A stretch of DNA of 64,000 nt. Source: Corallochytrium limacisporum Hawaii. Taxonomy: Eukaryota > Protista > Pluriformea. Positions 43,503 through 55,758 of this stretch are shown here, one piece after another (positions within the stretch are counted from its first letter, which is position 1; every line of letters starts with the position of its first letter). The DNA lies in the NCBI GenBank assembly GCA_002811645.1, contig PDIP01000051.1, positions 17,722-81,721 on the forward strand. The letters are read 5' to 3'. The notes under the pieces are model-generated. The model searched no databases and was not told the DNA's origin. It saw only the letters and a program-made list of their open reading frames with translations. The position numbers and the translations under genes were made by a program.

Positions 43503-44501
43503 TCAAATGGCTGGATTCAATCCAGCACCATCTGCTGCTGCTCTTGCCGATAATCCGTTTCCGGCCGTGCTGATAACCTGTTGGGACATCCTCAGGCTCT
43601 GCAGATATTTGCCCCTGGGCGTCAGCAGGGCCCGCATACTCTTGGCCTCCCGCAGCGCTTCCCGCACAGCCCTTTGCGAGAAGCCCTGCAGGACATTCTT
43701 GCCCTCCTTGAATTCGCGGACCGCAAAGTCCGATAGGTCCTTGAGCACGATCTTGCCTTCGTTCAGCTCCTCCACACAGAGCAAGCGCAGTTCCATGAGC
43801 GTGGTCTGGGTGGCCTTGGCGATGAGGATTTGCGATGTAAAGTAATGGAACAGCAGGAACCCCACAATCTGAAGACAGTGGAGGACAGCATTGTGGTTGA
43901 AAACCTCCGGGAATGGGCACTCTAGCGGGTCGTCAACGCCGCAGTAAGGCTTATAGAAGAGGAAGACCCCGGCGGCCGCCAAGTAGAAACAGAGGCCGCT
44001 CACTCCCGCAATGTTGGTGTGATGGTCGCGGCCATCATGGGACCACGTCACGAGGATGCAAAAGATCATATACATTGCCGCCCCAAGCCAGACCATTGCG
44101 GCCATCACGAAGGACTGAGTCACGCCCGCATAGAGGGCCACGGTGCTAAAGGTGGCGCTTATGGGGAACCGCAATGACCGGACGTACGGGTGGTCGGTCA
44201 GAGAGCTCACAATGTATGCGCCCATGGCACCAGCCAAGCCAGTGAAGGCCAGACATAGGCAGGCCAGAACGTCATGCTCCAACAGCCGCATATCGGCATA
44301 GTAGTGGTGCATGATACCGCCGCAGAAGCCTACAACCGCCAGCATTGCAAAGTACAGATGGATCGGCAGGATCACACTCTTGCCGACCTTCTTCCAGAAG
44401 ACTGTGAGCGAGTGGACAACACAGGCTAGGCAGACTACACCACCCACATAGTCTGTGACATATGTGCCGATGCTGTCGTCTACTCCGTTGGCGTAGCCCA
44501 T
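43503..44501 (-). CDS. Seven-transmembrane protein with conserved His motifs (CREST-like / DUF6962-like) and a soluble C-terminal tail
   Basis: About 7 hydrophobic segments, TDY near the N-terminus, GGIMHH and FNHNAVLH motifs. Confidence 0.7.
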   Translation of the reverse strand: MGYANGVDDSIGTYVTDYVGGVVCLACVVHSLTVFWKKVGKSVILPIHLYFAMLAVVGFCGGIMHHYYADMRLLEHDVLACLCLAFTGLAGAMGAYIVSSLTDHPYVRSLRFPISATFSTVALYAGVTQSFVMAAMVWLGAAMYMIFCILVTWSHDGRDHHTNIAGVSGLCFYLAAAGVFLFYKPYCGVDDPLECPFPEVFNHNAVLHCLQIVGFLLFHYFTSQILIAKATQTTLMELRLLCVEELNEGKIVLKDLSDFAVREFKEGKNVLQGFSQRAVREALREAKSMRALLTPRGKYLQSLRMSQQVISTAGNGLSARAAADGAGLNPAI

Positions 44502-47500
44502 GACTATCAGTAATCTCTATGCTCCGTTGGGTTGACTCTTGGGTCTGAACTGAAACTCCTATGTGGTTTGAACGGACCTGCGTACAGGACCCTTTCTGGC
44601 TTAGAACAGTCTCAGTTCAGGAACGCTACTGTAACACGCCTGTGCATACACACAATTTGGAAACTCACCAATCTTATGCCTTCCCCTTTTGGTTCCCTAT
44701 ACACTTGTATCTCGAAGGCTCCGTGCGGCACTAACTCTTTCCGAGACTGCGCCGTCAACGAACGCGGAACTGCCTAACCTTTTCAACTGCTTCAACTATC
44801 CGTGCAGAAGCAGATTGTATTCTATATTCGTACGGACCGCTTGAGTGATCCTTGTGAGACTGCAACGAGACAAATCGACAACAGCACATCATGGGTTGCC
44901 TGGGTCCGATCCCGAAAGTACCCAGCGACTGCAAGTGAACCGGGTGGAGTAACCAAGGCCCGTGGTAAAAACTCACTACGTACGTCCAAACCAGGTCATG
45001 AAGCGAAGCCTACACATGAAACCAAGCACAAGGTCGGATCTCATGGCACGAAGCACAAGTGTCTCGGTAAACGCACAGGCCCAATCCTCAGGGAAAAGAC
45101 AGGTGCCAAACGAAAGCCGTACAGCCACTGGGACCAACCAGGGCCGCACAGTCAGTCACTCGCTGTTTGTGTTGCCGTAGCGGCCTTTCCGTGGGGCGGG
45201 TGTGTGTTCCGGACACGCTGCTGCATTGGTCCTCGTCGGATCCGGCCCCCCTGTCTTCTGCCTTTCTTTTCTTCCCCTTTTTTTTTTGTTCTTTTTTCAT
45301 TTTTTTTTCTTGTGGCCCCATTCTTCCCTTGTGGCGGTACACGTTCTCGCTCCCCCTTCCCCCCCCTTCCCCCTTCCCCCTGCTCCCCTTCCTCTCAGAC
45401 GAAATCTTTACCTGCTCAGGGAGACCCGAGGGCGGAAACTTTTTGTTGTACACTGACTATAGCAAAGGGGCTGCAGGAGATGGCAGCATTGTTCCTTGGC
45501 GCAGCGTTGAGGGCGAAGCCAGGGGAGGGAGGGGGGGAAAAGAAGGAGGACCTCTTTGTGAGAGTGTGTGTGTAGTGTGTGTGCGATCGAGGACTTGGGA
45601 GGGGACGGGAGGAGGAGTACTACTTTTCCTTGGTGGTTTCTTGTTGCCTTTCAAGAGAGTTGGATGGCGGTGACACCGCAAGTTGGCAGCATCGGTTCCC
45701 CGAGACTTGTCGTTCTCATCCAACTGCGCAATGATAGAGAGAGAGAGAGGGGTTGGTGGGTGGGTTAATGAACGTCAAACCAGCAGAAAAGGGGGCCCCC
45801 GAGGGTAAGGGGGCTGGCTATCCACGAAATGAAGCACACACACGCACCAAAAGCCGGACCGAAATCACCGTCCTTCCCGGCTTGCGATGAGACAGTGTCT
45901 CCGCTCCCCCTCTCCCCCCTGGGCGAAACCCCAGCACTGTGCCACGCCCGCAACCCGGCAATAAGAGAATCACAGACGACAAAGACGAAGGCGAGCGACA
46001 GAACCTTCCCAAAACCGAAGTGAGAAAGGAGAGAAAGAAAGCGAAGGATTCCCACCGACAAACATACATCCTGGATCAAAATGTTCCAGTGATTAACCAC
46101 CATGTTCCGTACATTCGCTATCATGTCCTGATCCGATCGATAGCATCATTGGCAGTGAGAGGAGTTGGCCGGGCGAAGCACCAGGCTACCCTTAGATGTT
46201 TTTACCCCTTGCTCTTGTTTGTGTTTTACTTTTCTTTGTTTTTTCCCCAGCGACGCCCGGTATTGTTCTTCCCCCGCAGCAGTCACCACCGCTCCCCGGT
46301 CTTCCTTGGATATTGCCTCCTCTCTCCTCCCGGGGGTTCGGGGTGGCCGAGCCCGACACTCCGCGTTTGCTCCAAGCACAGCATCGCAAGAACGGGGTAG
46401 CGGCAACTGTCTCGGATACCATGCTGGCAAAATGGCCCATACGTTTAATATACATATTACCGTGGTACTTGCGTGCGCGCCTTCGTGCTTCTGTTGCGTA
46501 TTCCCATCACAACGTCCCACCCTCCTTCGCTGCCCTTTTTCGGTGGAGGCGTGGTGGTGCAACAGACGGTGAGAACGTTGCCTATTGAATGTACTGCGAA
46601 TTCGGCGCCTCGTTACCCTAGCACGAGCCAGAGGCGCTGCTTGATTTGCTTGCGGTTGGTGAGGAGGGGGGGTTCGTGGATTTGGGGTTTTGTCGTCCCC
46701 GTGGACAAAGTCCCCTCCCTCCTTCCGGTTCGGAAATCTACGATCTCCGTCTCTGCCCCGTGCGCAACCATCAGTACTTCACTATTAGTATATAATGTAT
46801 GAGACATTTGGAGCCGGGCTGTCTGTCCTTCAAGGGCTTAGGACACATCGGATCCCCTTCCGTGTGTAAATCTCGTGCTTTCCTCGCGCTCTCTCTCTCT
46901 CTCTCTCTGTGTCGTTCAAATCTCTGTCCCCTACTCTCTCATTCTCTCTCTCGGCATCGTCACCCTCCCCTGCCTCTCGCCTCCTTCTTCCTCCTCAGAA
47001 GCGCCTCCCCTCCCTTACCCCCCAAAAGTTTCTAGGGGCTCGCGTGGCCCCTCCCCCGCGCAAGTTGCTGTGGAGGGTTGCCGGCCCGACACCCTGCTTT
47101 CTCTTGCTTCTTTTCTTCTTTCTTCCCCATAAACCACCACCTTCCCCGGGGCTTGACCTGACCCCCCTGCACCCTTCCCCTCAACTCTCATCCTCCCTTC
47201 ACAAGACGATGACTCTTCACGAAGCCTCTCCGGGTAACGACAAGAGAAAGGGGGTGTCGGGGTTCTCGGAAAGCTAGAGAAGATATTGGGCAGGTTGGTT
47301 GGTTCGGTAATATCCGTAAGTGGATCAATGTCCTTTTGCTTCTCTTTCTTTCTTCCCGTCCCCCCCACCGGGGGGGGGGGTTTTTTGCTCTTCGTTCTAT
47401 TCCCGGCCCCCCCCCCGGTCTGGGGAACCAAAGGGAAGGAATGCGGTGCTTTGAATACGGTGAGATGCCCATCAAAAAGGGGGTCTATTTTTGACACGGA

Positions 47501-49792
47501 CCCATCCCGAAGAAACTAAAAGAGAACGAAAAAGAAATCGCGAAGAGCCCGGGGCAGGAAGCGGGAGGAACGGCCGTGCTTTGCAAGCCGCATTTTGGCG
47601 GCCAATGACGACGCAATATGCCGTACAGTTTCTATAGAATCTGCGGCGGAATGCACAGCAAACAAACCTCGAAGCCACCTGCGCCGTACCCAGATTTCCA
47701 GTCTCGGTGGAACAAAGCAAGGAAGACAGAGATTTTAATAGAGCACACTTCATCGCTTTTTCGCCATGGGGACTTTGGGTCGTGGTACGTAATTTTTCAG
47801 TGATGTCACATATTTCATAGTGAATTTGTTACCAGCGGTATTTTGTCTTACCCACTTTCTCCCTTCCAGGCCCCCCCCAGCACCGGGGGACTTTTCCTTC
47901 TCCTCCACCCCCACCCCGGCTTTTCTCACTCTCTCCTTCTAGGTCGAATTCCTAAACTATTTCGTAGCAAAAATTGGTGGTAAGCTCGCAAGGATTTCTC
48001 CTTCCAGTGAGGAGGAGAAATTTTAGTACTAGCACACACGCACACACATACCCCACCGCACCACAACTTTTGAGAGAACCACCAAAAAAAATGGCCGGAG
48101 GAAACCAATAGTGGGCCGCCCACCCACCACCACCAGCCCGGCACTCCCATTTGCCTATTCTTGGGCCACCCACGACTGGTGTGTCCTCCCTTTTGGTTTT
48201 GATCATATTTTCTTTTGCTCTTCATTTATCACTCTTTTGCCCGGAAAACCAAAAGAGAATCTGTCTTTTTTTTTCCCGCCACTTCACATGCGTCAGCTTA
48301 CGTACACATTGAATTCATGGCGCGCCCCTTGGTTCTGGTTTTGCGTCAGTGCAACGCCTCCTCCTAAAAAGGTCGGACGTTGAAAGGTTTTGGCCAGGCC
48401 GAAAAAAAAAACCCACCCCAAATATTAAAAAAAAAAGAGAAAGAGGAAAAAGAAAAAGGTCAAAGAAAAGGCCTTTTCAAGAGCGCACAACGCGAACGCA
48501 ACAACCAGAGAAAATTAATATCACAAGTAGTCAAAGAGGGACAAATAAAACAAAAACAAGATAAGAGAAAATAAGGAACCCCAAAAAATGAATATATGCG
48601 GTGGAAATGGTACCGTACATTCAAAGGAGGGGCGGGGTCCAAGGCCCAGAATCTATGACGAAGAAAATGAGCGCGCGCGTTGAGACAAGCGGGGAAGACA
48701 GGGGGGGGATTTCAAAAAACTTAAATTGGGCCGCAATTTTAAGCGGGTGGTTTTCCGCATGGGGGGGCCAACTAGCGCCGGCCCCCCGTCTGCTCCAACC
48801 ACTTCGCTCCCTCTTTTTCCCCCCGGGCGGGGGGGGGGGTTTGGGGGCGTTCGTGGCCGACACATCGTAAAGCGAACCCTGGTCCTGGTGGTCATATGGG
48901 AGTCCAGTATACATTTTGAGTTTTACTTTTGTATACATACTGTGTACTCTTTTTTTCTATATTGTAACATCTCCGTATAAAATATAACATTGCTATAACC
49001 CCTAACCCCTTTCGAGCGGAGGTTCCCTACACCCCTTCCTCCACCTTGGAGACCGCCACTCATCGGTTCACTCCCGGTGTCAGCTCTAAATCAAAAGCCA
49101 TCAATCAGCGGAGAAAACCATCCAATAAGTACGAGGATTGTACATCACAAAATTCGCGAAATATAGAATCAATACCTGATCCATTTCACTACCTACACAA
49201 TAGGAATATGAATATTTAGTGGTGATTTCTCTGCCCCTTCGTCTCCAACGGCCCCCGAAAGCCCGCTCACTCTTCCAGAGCGGCGCAGAGCGGGAGCGAG
49301 GAGGGTCTCCGCGCAAAGGGGCGGGCTGCGCTGAGCGCACAGAGCGGCCTAGTTTGTCGCCAGTGTGCCTGTCGCTGCCATCCCTGTGCGAACGCTGGTC
49401 TTGATCTGTAGATCCTCTTCGTCAATGGACGCGTGTTGCTGTACTGGTTCATGTGTAGGGCTGTCGCTCTGCTTCGCTCACTCAAGATTGGAAACTGTGG
49501 CTGAGACTATAAAGGATGTGATGCCTACAAAGCTTTGGGCTAACACATATTGCCGCCGAAAATCAAATCTAGAACCATCGGAGCACGATTCGTCGGGATT
49601 CTTGGGGTTTCGTTTATAGTTTGTCTATCCGTGCGACAAATGAGAACAACAACACCGCTAATTTATGTGATCCGCTTACGGTCTACGGAAAAGCAGTATA
49701 TGAATGTGTACAAAAGAAGACCTTGTAGTAAGACTACAGGCAAAGTGGTTTTAGTTAGCCATCATACAGAACTGGTTTAAGTCCTTACCACC

Positions 49793-51259
49793 ATGCCAAA
49801 GGGCTCGGGCAAGAAGGGCAGCGAGGCCAAGGGAAAGGCCAAGGGAGAGGCCAAGGCTGCTGCCCCAGTCGAGATTGACGCCGACCCCTCCAGCCTGGGC
49901 ACACAACAGATCGAGGAAGCCATGCGCAAGATGCAGCAAGAACTGGACAAAGAACGTCAGGAACGCAACTACTACCAAACCGAACGCGATCGCATCCACG
50001 AGTTTTGGGAGATTGCTAAGAAGGGAGCGGAGGATTTAAAGACCCAATTACGCAACCGCGACCGGGAGCTTCAGGACATTGAGGAACGACACCAGGTTGA
50101 AATCAAGGTCTACAAGCAAAAGATCAAGCACCTGCTCTATGAGCACCAGAACTCATTAACCACAGCCAAGGCAGAGGGTGCCACTGCAGTCAAAGTCGCT
50201 CACGATGACACAATTGAACGCGAGAAGGAACTGCGATCGGATCAGAAGGACCTACGCCTGCGCCTGAAGGAATTCGAATTGCAACACGAGGATATTGTTA
50301 AATCATTGCAGCGTGAGCATGACAAGCAGGTCACAGAGTTGCGTAAAGATTTTGAGCAGCAGGTGAAAGACATTGTGGACAAGTATGACCGCAAAATGCG
50401 GTCTCTGCGGGACGACCTCGAGCTGCGCCGCAAGAACGAAATGCATGAAATTGAGGAACGCAAGAATCAACAGATGAATGCCCTCATGAAAAATCATGAA
50501 AAGGCTTTTGGTGACATTAAGAACTACTACAACGACATTACGCTCAACAATTTGGCGTTGATCAACTCGTTAAAGGAAAGCATGGAAGAAATGAAACGTA
50601 AGGAGGAGCGCAAGGATAAGCTTATGGTTGAGATCACCAACGAGAATACGCGCCTGACGGAGCCGCTGCAGAAAGCGAAGGCCCAAAACGATGAGATGAG
50701 CCGCAAGCTCGTGCATCTGACGAAGGACCGCACCGCCCTTTTTAACGCGAAGCAACAGAACAAGATGCTGGAAGAAGAGGTCAAAGATTTGCGATGGCAG
50801 GTCGAGATCATGACCCAGCGTTTCGAGAGTGTGGAGACCGAACGGGACGACCTCTACGAGAAGTTCGTAGGCACGATCCGGGAAGTACAACAGAAGGCGG
50901 GATTCAAGAATCTGATCCTAGAGAAAAAGCTCAAGGCTCTGGCTGAAGACCTGGAGAAGAAGGAAGGTCAACTCAACGAGGTGCTCGCAGCCTCGAATCT
51001 AGATCCGAACGCCCTCAGTGCGGTAACAAGGAAGCTTGAAGATGTATTAGACAGCAAGAACCAGGCAATCAAGGACCTCCGGTACGAGCTCGCGCGTGTG
51101 TGTAAGGCGCATAACGATGTTCTGCGCACCTACGAGGGGAAAATGGCCGAATTTGGCATTTCCACCGCCGACATCGGCTTCAAGCCGCTCACCACCAAAG
51201 CTGCGCAGCATCTGGGCAAGGCACCCGCTGGACTGGTTAGTTCTGGCACCGGGGCGTAA
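49793..51259 (+). CDS. GAS8: Dynein regulatory complex subunit 4 (GAS8/trypanin)
   Basis: ERNYYQTERDRIHEFWEI, EERHQVEIKVYKQKIKHLLYEHQ, HEKAFGDIKNYYNDITLNNLALINSLKE, YELARVCKAHND. Confidence 0.97.
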   Translation: MPKGSGKKGSEAKGKAKGEAKAAAPVEIDADPSSLGTQQIEEAMRKMQQELDKERQERNYYQTERDRIHEFWEIAKKGAEDLKTQLRNRDRELQDIEERHQVEIKVYKQKIKHLLYEHQNSLTTAKAEGATAVKVAHDDTIEREKELRSDQKDLRLRLKEFELQHEDIVKSLQREHDKQVTELRKDFEQQVKDIVDKYDRKMRSLRDDLELRRKNEMHEIEERKNQQMNALMKNHEKAFGDIKNYYNDITLNNLALINSLKESMEEMKRKEERKDKLMVEITNENTRLTEPLQKAKAQNDEMSRKLVHLTKDRTALFNAKQQNKMLEEEVKDLRWQVEIMTQRFESVETERDDLYEKFVGTIREVQQKAGFKNLILEKKLKALAEDLEKKEGQLNEVLAASNLDPNALSAVTRKLEDVLDSKNQAIKDLRYELARVCKAHNDVLRTYEGKMAEFGISTADIGFKPLTTKAAQHLGKAPAGLVSSGTGA

Positions 51260-51489
51260 GGACCGGACTGACGAGTGTGTGAGGGTGAGATCCTGAGGAA
51301 TACGATTGCTGGTACATAGTTTTCCAAGATCATATTCGTTCGCAGTGCAGGAAGCCATGGACCAAAAACAATATCATGGAATCCTTCTACTTTTACAAGT
51401 AAACTACTAGATGTTTACATCAATTCTTTTTAGGTTTCTACTTCTTCCGAAGACGGAAGTCTTCCAAGCTCAGATATCGCGGATTTGCA

Positions 51490-54400
51490 TCACGGACCTA
51501 ACCGCACGCGGATCAGTTCCCGCAGTCGCTGCAGGCTCATGACCTCTTCATCTACCTCCGTGGGCTCGACAATGGGCAATCCGTCCCGCCAGGCCGTGAT
51601 ATTGCGCCGGAGCCTCGTCGGCGAAACAGTTTGACCACCACTGGTACCTGTCTGCACCATTGCCACTCTATGCATGTCCGTCGGCAAAGACTCGCGGGCG
51701 AGCCTGACCCTCACGCGCCCGAGTGGCGTCAAGGATTGACGGGCAACGATCTCATACTCTGCGTCCCAGCTAGGGCCAGATGCCAGGATGTGGAGGTCGA
51801 CAAAGAAGCAGCCAGCGTCATTGTCGCTGGTGCCGTCAATCACTAGAACACGCAGTGAAGCGCACTGTGTTGCGTCATCAAGTAGATGCCGGGCGACGTA
51901 CAGCACACAATGACAGGACACCTCTGAAGTATTGGAAGTGTCGCCGCCTTTGCCGCCCATTCTGTCCTGATCCTTCCATTGTCTGGTTTGGTCCTCACTG
52001 ATCTTCATTGGAAGCTCTGTTTCCATCGTGGACAGTACAGTCCTGGCGTCCGCATCAAGCACCTCGACACGAAAACGAGTTGGTGCCTTGTCATCCCTCT
52101 TCTGTACTGTCGCGGCCCAGGCCAATTCACTGAGGGTGACCGTGATTGGCAGGCGTCGCTGTCCCTCGTCGACAGAAGGAGACCGATGCGAATCCATTGG
52201 GCCTGAGTGCGTGGTTTCCTTGCCTTTGGTTTCCGGTGAAGTAAGCGTATCGTTCAGGCCGGCCCCATCAGAGGTCTCAGCCGCGACGGTATCGGCCGTA
52301 CGGTTAACCTCTGTGTCCGCGCCACCAGATCCTACCTTTTCAATTTCTTCTTCGTTCTCACTGTCCGACAGATGGACTCCAAAGCGGAGCGGGTCATTGG
52401 CCGCCAGTCGCGAGAAAGTGTCTGACAGAGAATCCAGTTCGCTGAAGACAGCCGTGAATTTTCCTCTCGCCTTGCTTGAAGACTGCTGCCTCGGGACGGC
52501 TGCCTGTGATCGGGGATGGGGCACCCGGCCCTCAATGCCCTTACCTATCGCTGTTTGCCGCTGATGGATTTGCTCCTGAACTAAAGCCTGACGGCTGCCG
52601 GAGTGATGCAGTAGCGGGCTGGAACCCATAAGACCCGGAATCCTTTCTGTGAGGCCACTGACCTGGCTGCTGTGGATAGGACGGCTGGGGCTGATCTCGA
52701 AATCTTCGTCATCATAGTTGAATTTTTCGCGATCTGCTGCTGGTGGCGTGCGGATTGGACTGACCTCCCGGCAGTCGATGTTCAGCAACTTTGCAACGTC
52801 ACTGGTGTCGTCATCAATGGCGTCTGTCGGTGAGTAGTGCAGACTCGCAGCTGAGGCGGCGAGGATAAGCTCCGGGGCTGATGCTCCATGGGCCGGCGCT
52901 GGCCGGAGCGGGGACTCTGACTTCATTGAAGATGCCTTCTCCGGCTCCACTGCGAGCCGCTTCCGCCTGCTCTGGCGTAGGGACGGTCCCTCACCGCATC
53001 TACGACCACCTAATGCAAATAACCTCGCCTGAGAGCTGATATTCAGTGTCGAATCTTGTGTTTGGTCGTCAGCCATCCTTTGGTTAAATCGTGTCGTCCG
53101 CGAGTCGTCAACGAGACCTTGAACTAGCCGGTGGCGTTGACGGTGTTGCTCTAGAGCGTAGTACCCAAACGCAGGTGGACTGCGGTCGCGGAAGGGCACG
53201 GGGTTTTCCCGGCGCTTCTCCCCGAGTTGTACAATCGCAGCTTGCTTCCGCTTCTCCCTTAAGCGACGCATAGCAGGCCCCTCATGTCGACTTGTAGTCC
53301 GTGCAGCGATATCGTTGGTGGGAATAAACCAACTCTCGCTTGGTGGAAGCGGTACGCGTGGTCGACTGTAACTCCCCTGGGGATATGGTCTCTGAGTATC
53401 AACATCTGCCGTGGTCACACCAGATGCCTGCTTCTGTTCGCGAAGCACTGGGTAGGCCACGGCATGCTGTGGGCGATGCCAAGTGCGACGATTACGTTCC
53501 CGTCGGCTACCAATGTTTCCCTCGGCAATATCACCCAATGGTCGACTGGGTGTCCGTGTATTCTCGTCCCCGCCGGTGTAGAGTGAATTGATACTGCGCT
53601 CAGTGTGCCTAATTACTGGACTTTTGCCTTTGGCCCTACCATCATCTTCGCGAATACGATCGTAGGTAATATCCAATCCGTTGTTGACCTGCGTGGCCGT
53701 GTCTTGCCTACTACCTTTCCTACGGCCGAACTCGCCCTCGTCTCCGGGCCCGTTCTGCATGTCTCCCTCTCCGAGCCCGCCCTGTATGTCCCAGGCCAAA
53801 GGATCTCCTTCCCTGCCCTCCTCTGCCTCGTCTAACGCCCAGGCAGGCGTACGGAACAACTCCGCTCCCGACGACAGCGCCTGACGCGCGTCACAACTAC
53901 GTTTAGTGTTCGGCAGAAAGTTCAAATTCCGCCGCAGCCACTGAACTACTTCAGCAGTTAGCGACGGCAGTAGGACTTCGTGGAGCGCCGGTACACGTAT
54001 ATCCTCCATCCAGAATTCCACTCTGCGCAAAACACGATCCCGCACTGCCCGAGGGACTCTGCTTTCGTCAAGCATACGCGACAGGACCCAGCGATTGCGT
54101 GAGTCAAGCCTACGGTCCGCGGAGGTAGTGTCCGAGTTGTTAGTCGCCTTCACCTTCGTCCGTCTTTGGTCACTGGCCAACGATCCGCGCCTGAGCAGGG
54201 CCATGAGCGCAGCCATCCGGTCCGCGGGATGGTCATAGGCAAGCGGGAACGACTCCAAATCAGGGCAAAGCATATGTAGGAGCATGGCCGAACAGCTCCA
54301 CACATCGTTGGTGGGCTCGTGGGTCAGGCCCATAGGATAGGTCTCGAGGAGATTGCTGGCAGTTTGGCTGTTCAGGTCGCCTCTGCCGGTCACGCCCACC

Positions 54401-55758
54401 TCTTCCCTTGCTCCAGCGAGGTCCAGGTCGGTGACGGCTGCATGATGAGGCCCCTTGGCGCCCGTGCTGCGATTTTCAATTATTACAAAGCTCGGTTTTT
54501 CACTGTCCCCCGCAGATGTCCTACCCTTGTCGGCCATCATCCCATCGACAGTGAACAAGCGCATACCTAGAGCTGACGCCGGATCACAGTACCAGCGTTT
54601 GGCCGCCACCGTAGGTTCCTGGTGCGGCCATTGGTGGCGACTCTGGGCCGAAGGCCCTGTGCGTCCAGCGCGATAGGGTCCTCCAAAAGCCGTGGAAACG
54701 CTGGTCAGACGTTTGGAGTAGTATGGTAGGAACGGAGCGAGCAAGACTTTAAGCTTTTCATGCGCGATGCCGCTAGCCCGGTGCTGTGATCGGCTCTTCG
54801 TGTTGGGGACGCCGTGCGCACTTCGGCTTTCCCGACGAATATATACTGAGAAGGGTGTGATGTTCCCATGAGTCTGTCCCTCCGCGTGCAGAGGCCGCAG
54901 TTTTCGTAGAACTGTTTTCACCACTGCAACTGCTTGAGAGGGTGCCATGCTGCCGTCCATGAGCCAGGCTAGCTCCTGCAGCCGCTGTTGCTCCTGCACA
55001 TCCTGCTCAATATCGATATCATTCTCTTTAGACGCCGACTCATACTGTCTAAACCGTATTTTCTCGGCCATTTCCGCACTCAACGCCTCTCCTGCAACCA
55101 ATCTCCGTTCGCGGGCGTCGCACATGACGTGCCAGAGGGTCGTACGTTCCGCCGGCTCGGACAGGGTAATTCGCCATGTCGTTAGGGGCTTGGCCTGGTG
55201 GGCAGAGTCCATAGAATTGTATGAAGTCCCATCGTTTTCTCCCTCGTCGACGTCATTCTCCCTGTCGTCGTCGTCGTCGTCAGTGTCAAAATCGTCGTTC
55301 TCGTCGTCAGATGGGAAGTCCTTCCGCAGGGTCATACCTGACCGCCCTGATTGCCGCATTGATCGCAGTCTGCGCAATTCCTTCACAGATTTCAATGCGT
55401 TCGCCGCCGAATGACCTCTTCGTTTGCCTCTTACCCCTACGGGAGGTTGTTGTTGTGTACTGAGGGCGAGTAATTTGCCGTATCGGGCCTTGTAAGTGTC
55501 AATGTATGTCTTTGGGTATGGAACCGCCGGTATCTTGGGCATGGGCCGCCCTGAACTGTCCACAGCTTCGATGTAGTAGTCATCAAGGCTCAATCTTCTT
55601 CGATTGTGGTACTCAGCCAGCAGCTTCAGTCGGAGAGTCGCCGATGCAGTGGTCGGGAACTCGTACACTGAAATTCGGACCCGACAGCCTGTCCGGCGAC
55701 TTCGCCCAACGAAGTAGCCGTCCCCGCAGGCGACGATGTCCCTGGCAATCTTTTCCAT
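51490..55758 (-). CDS. Large protein: N-terminal pseudokinase, disordered middle, C-terminal C2-like domain
   Basis: 1422-aa ORF. Kinase subdomains appear in order but are degenerate (GRSRRTGCRVRIS, LLAEY, LHAEGQTHGNITPFSVYI, VLLAPF, WYCDP, NDVWSC). Beta-sandwich pattern ending LGRVRVRL. Confidence 0.7.
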   Translation of the reverse strand: MEKIARDIVACGDGYFVGRSRRTGCRVRISVYEFPTTASATLRLKLLAEYHNRRRLSLDDYYIEAVDSSGRPMPKIPAVPYPKTYIDTYKARYGKLLALSTQQQPPVGVRGKRRGHSAANALKSVKELRRLRSMRQSGRSGMTLRKDFPSDDENDDFDTDDDDDDRENDVDEGENDGTSYNSMDSAHQAKPLTTWRITLSEPAERTTLWHVMCDARERRLVAGEALSAEMAEKIRFRQYESASKENDIDIEQDVQEQQRLQELAWLMDGSMAPSQAVAVVKTVLRKLRPLHAEGQTHGNITPFSVYIRRESRSAHGVPNTKSRSQHRASGIAHEKLKVLLAPFLPYYSKRLTSVSTAFGGPYRAGRTGPSAQSRHQWPHQEPTVAAKRWYCDPASALGMRLFTVDGMMADKGRTSAGDSEKPSFVIIENRSTGAKGPHHAAVTDLDLAGAREEVGVTGRGDLNSQTASNLLETYPMGLTHEPTNDVWSCSAMLLHMLCPDLESFPLAYDHPADRMAALMALLRRGSLASDQRRTKVKATNNSDTTSADRRLDSRNRWVLSRMLDESRVPRAVRDRVLRRVEFWMEDIRVPALHEVLLPSLTAEVVQWLRRNLNFLPNTKRSCDARQALSSGAELFRTPAWALDEAEEGREGDPLAWDIQGGLGEGDMQNGPGDEGEFGRRKGSRQDTATQVNNGLDITYDRIREDDGRAKGKSPVIRHTERSINSLYTGGDENTRTPSRPLGDIAEGNIGSRRERNRRTWHRPQHAVAYPVLREQKQASGVTTADVDTQRPYPQGSYSRPRVPLPPSESWFIPTNDIAARTTSRHEGPAMRRLREKRKQAAIVQLGEKRRENPVPFRDRSPPAFGYYALEQHRQRHRLVQGLVDDSRTTRFNQRMADDQTQDSTLNISSQARLFALGGRRCGEGPSLRQSRRKRLAVEPEKASSMKSESPLRPAPAHGASAPELILAASAASLHYSPTDAIDDDTSDVAKLLNIDCREVSPIRTPPAADREKFNYDDEDFEISPSRPIHSSQVSGLTERIPGLMGSSPLLHHSGSRQALVQEQIHQRQTAIGKGIEGRVPHPRSQAAVPRQQSSSKARGKFTAVFSELDSLSDTFSRLAANDPLRFGVHLSDSENEEEIEKVGSGGADTEVNRTADTVAAETSDGAGLNDTLTSPETKGKETTHSGPMDSHRSPSVDEGQRRLPITVTLSELAWAATVQKRDDKAPTRFRVEVLDADARTVLSTMETELPMKISEDQTRQWKDQDRMGGKGGDTSNTSEVSCHCVLYVARHLLDDATQCASLRVLVIDGTSDNDAGCFFVDLHILASGPSWDAEYEIVARQSLTPLGRVRVRLARESLPTDMHRVAMVQTGTSGGQTVSPTRLRRNITAWRDGLPIVEPTEVDEEVMSLQRLRELIRVRLGP

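Noticed and set aside
44802-47497. Multiple overlapping 120-257 aa ORFs
   Set aside because: Low complexity, mostly non-ATG starts, no domains.
48996-49010. Telomere-like TAACCC units (also near 34180)
   Set aside because: Only two or three degenerate units; compatible with chance.
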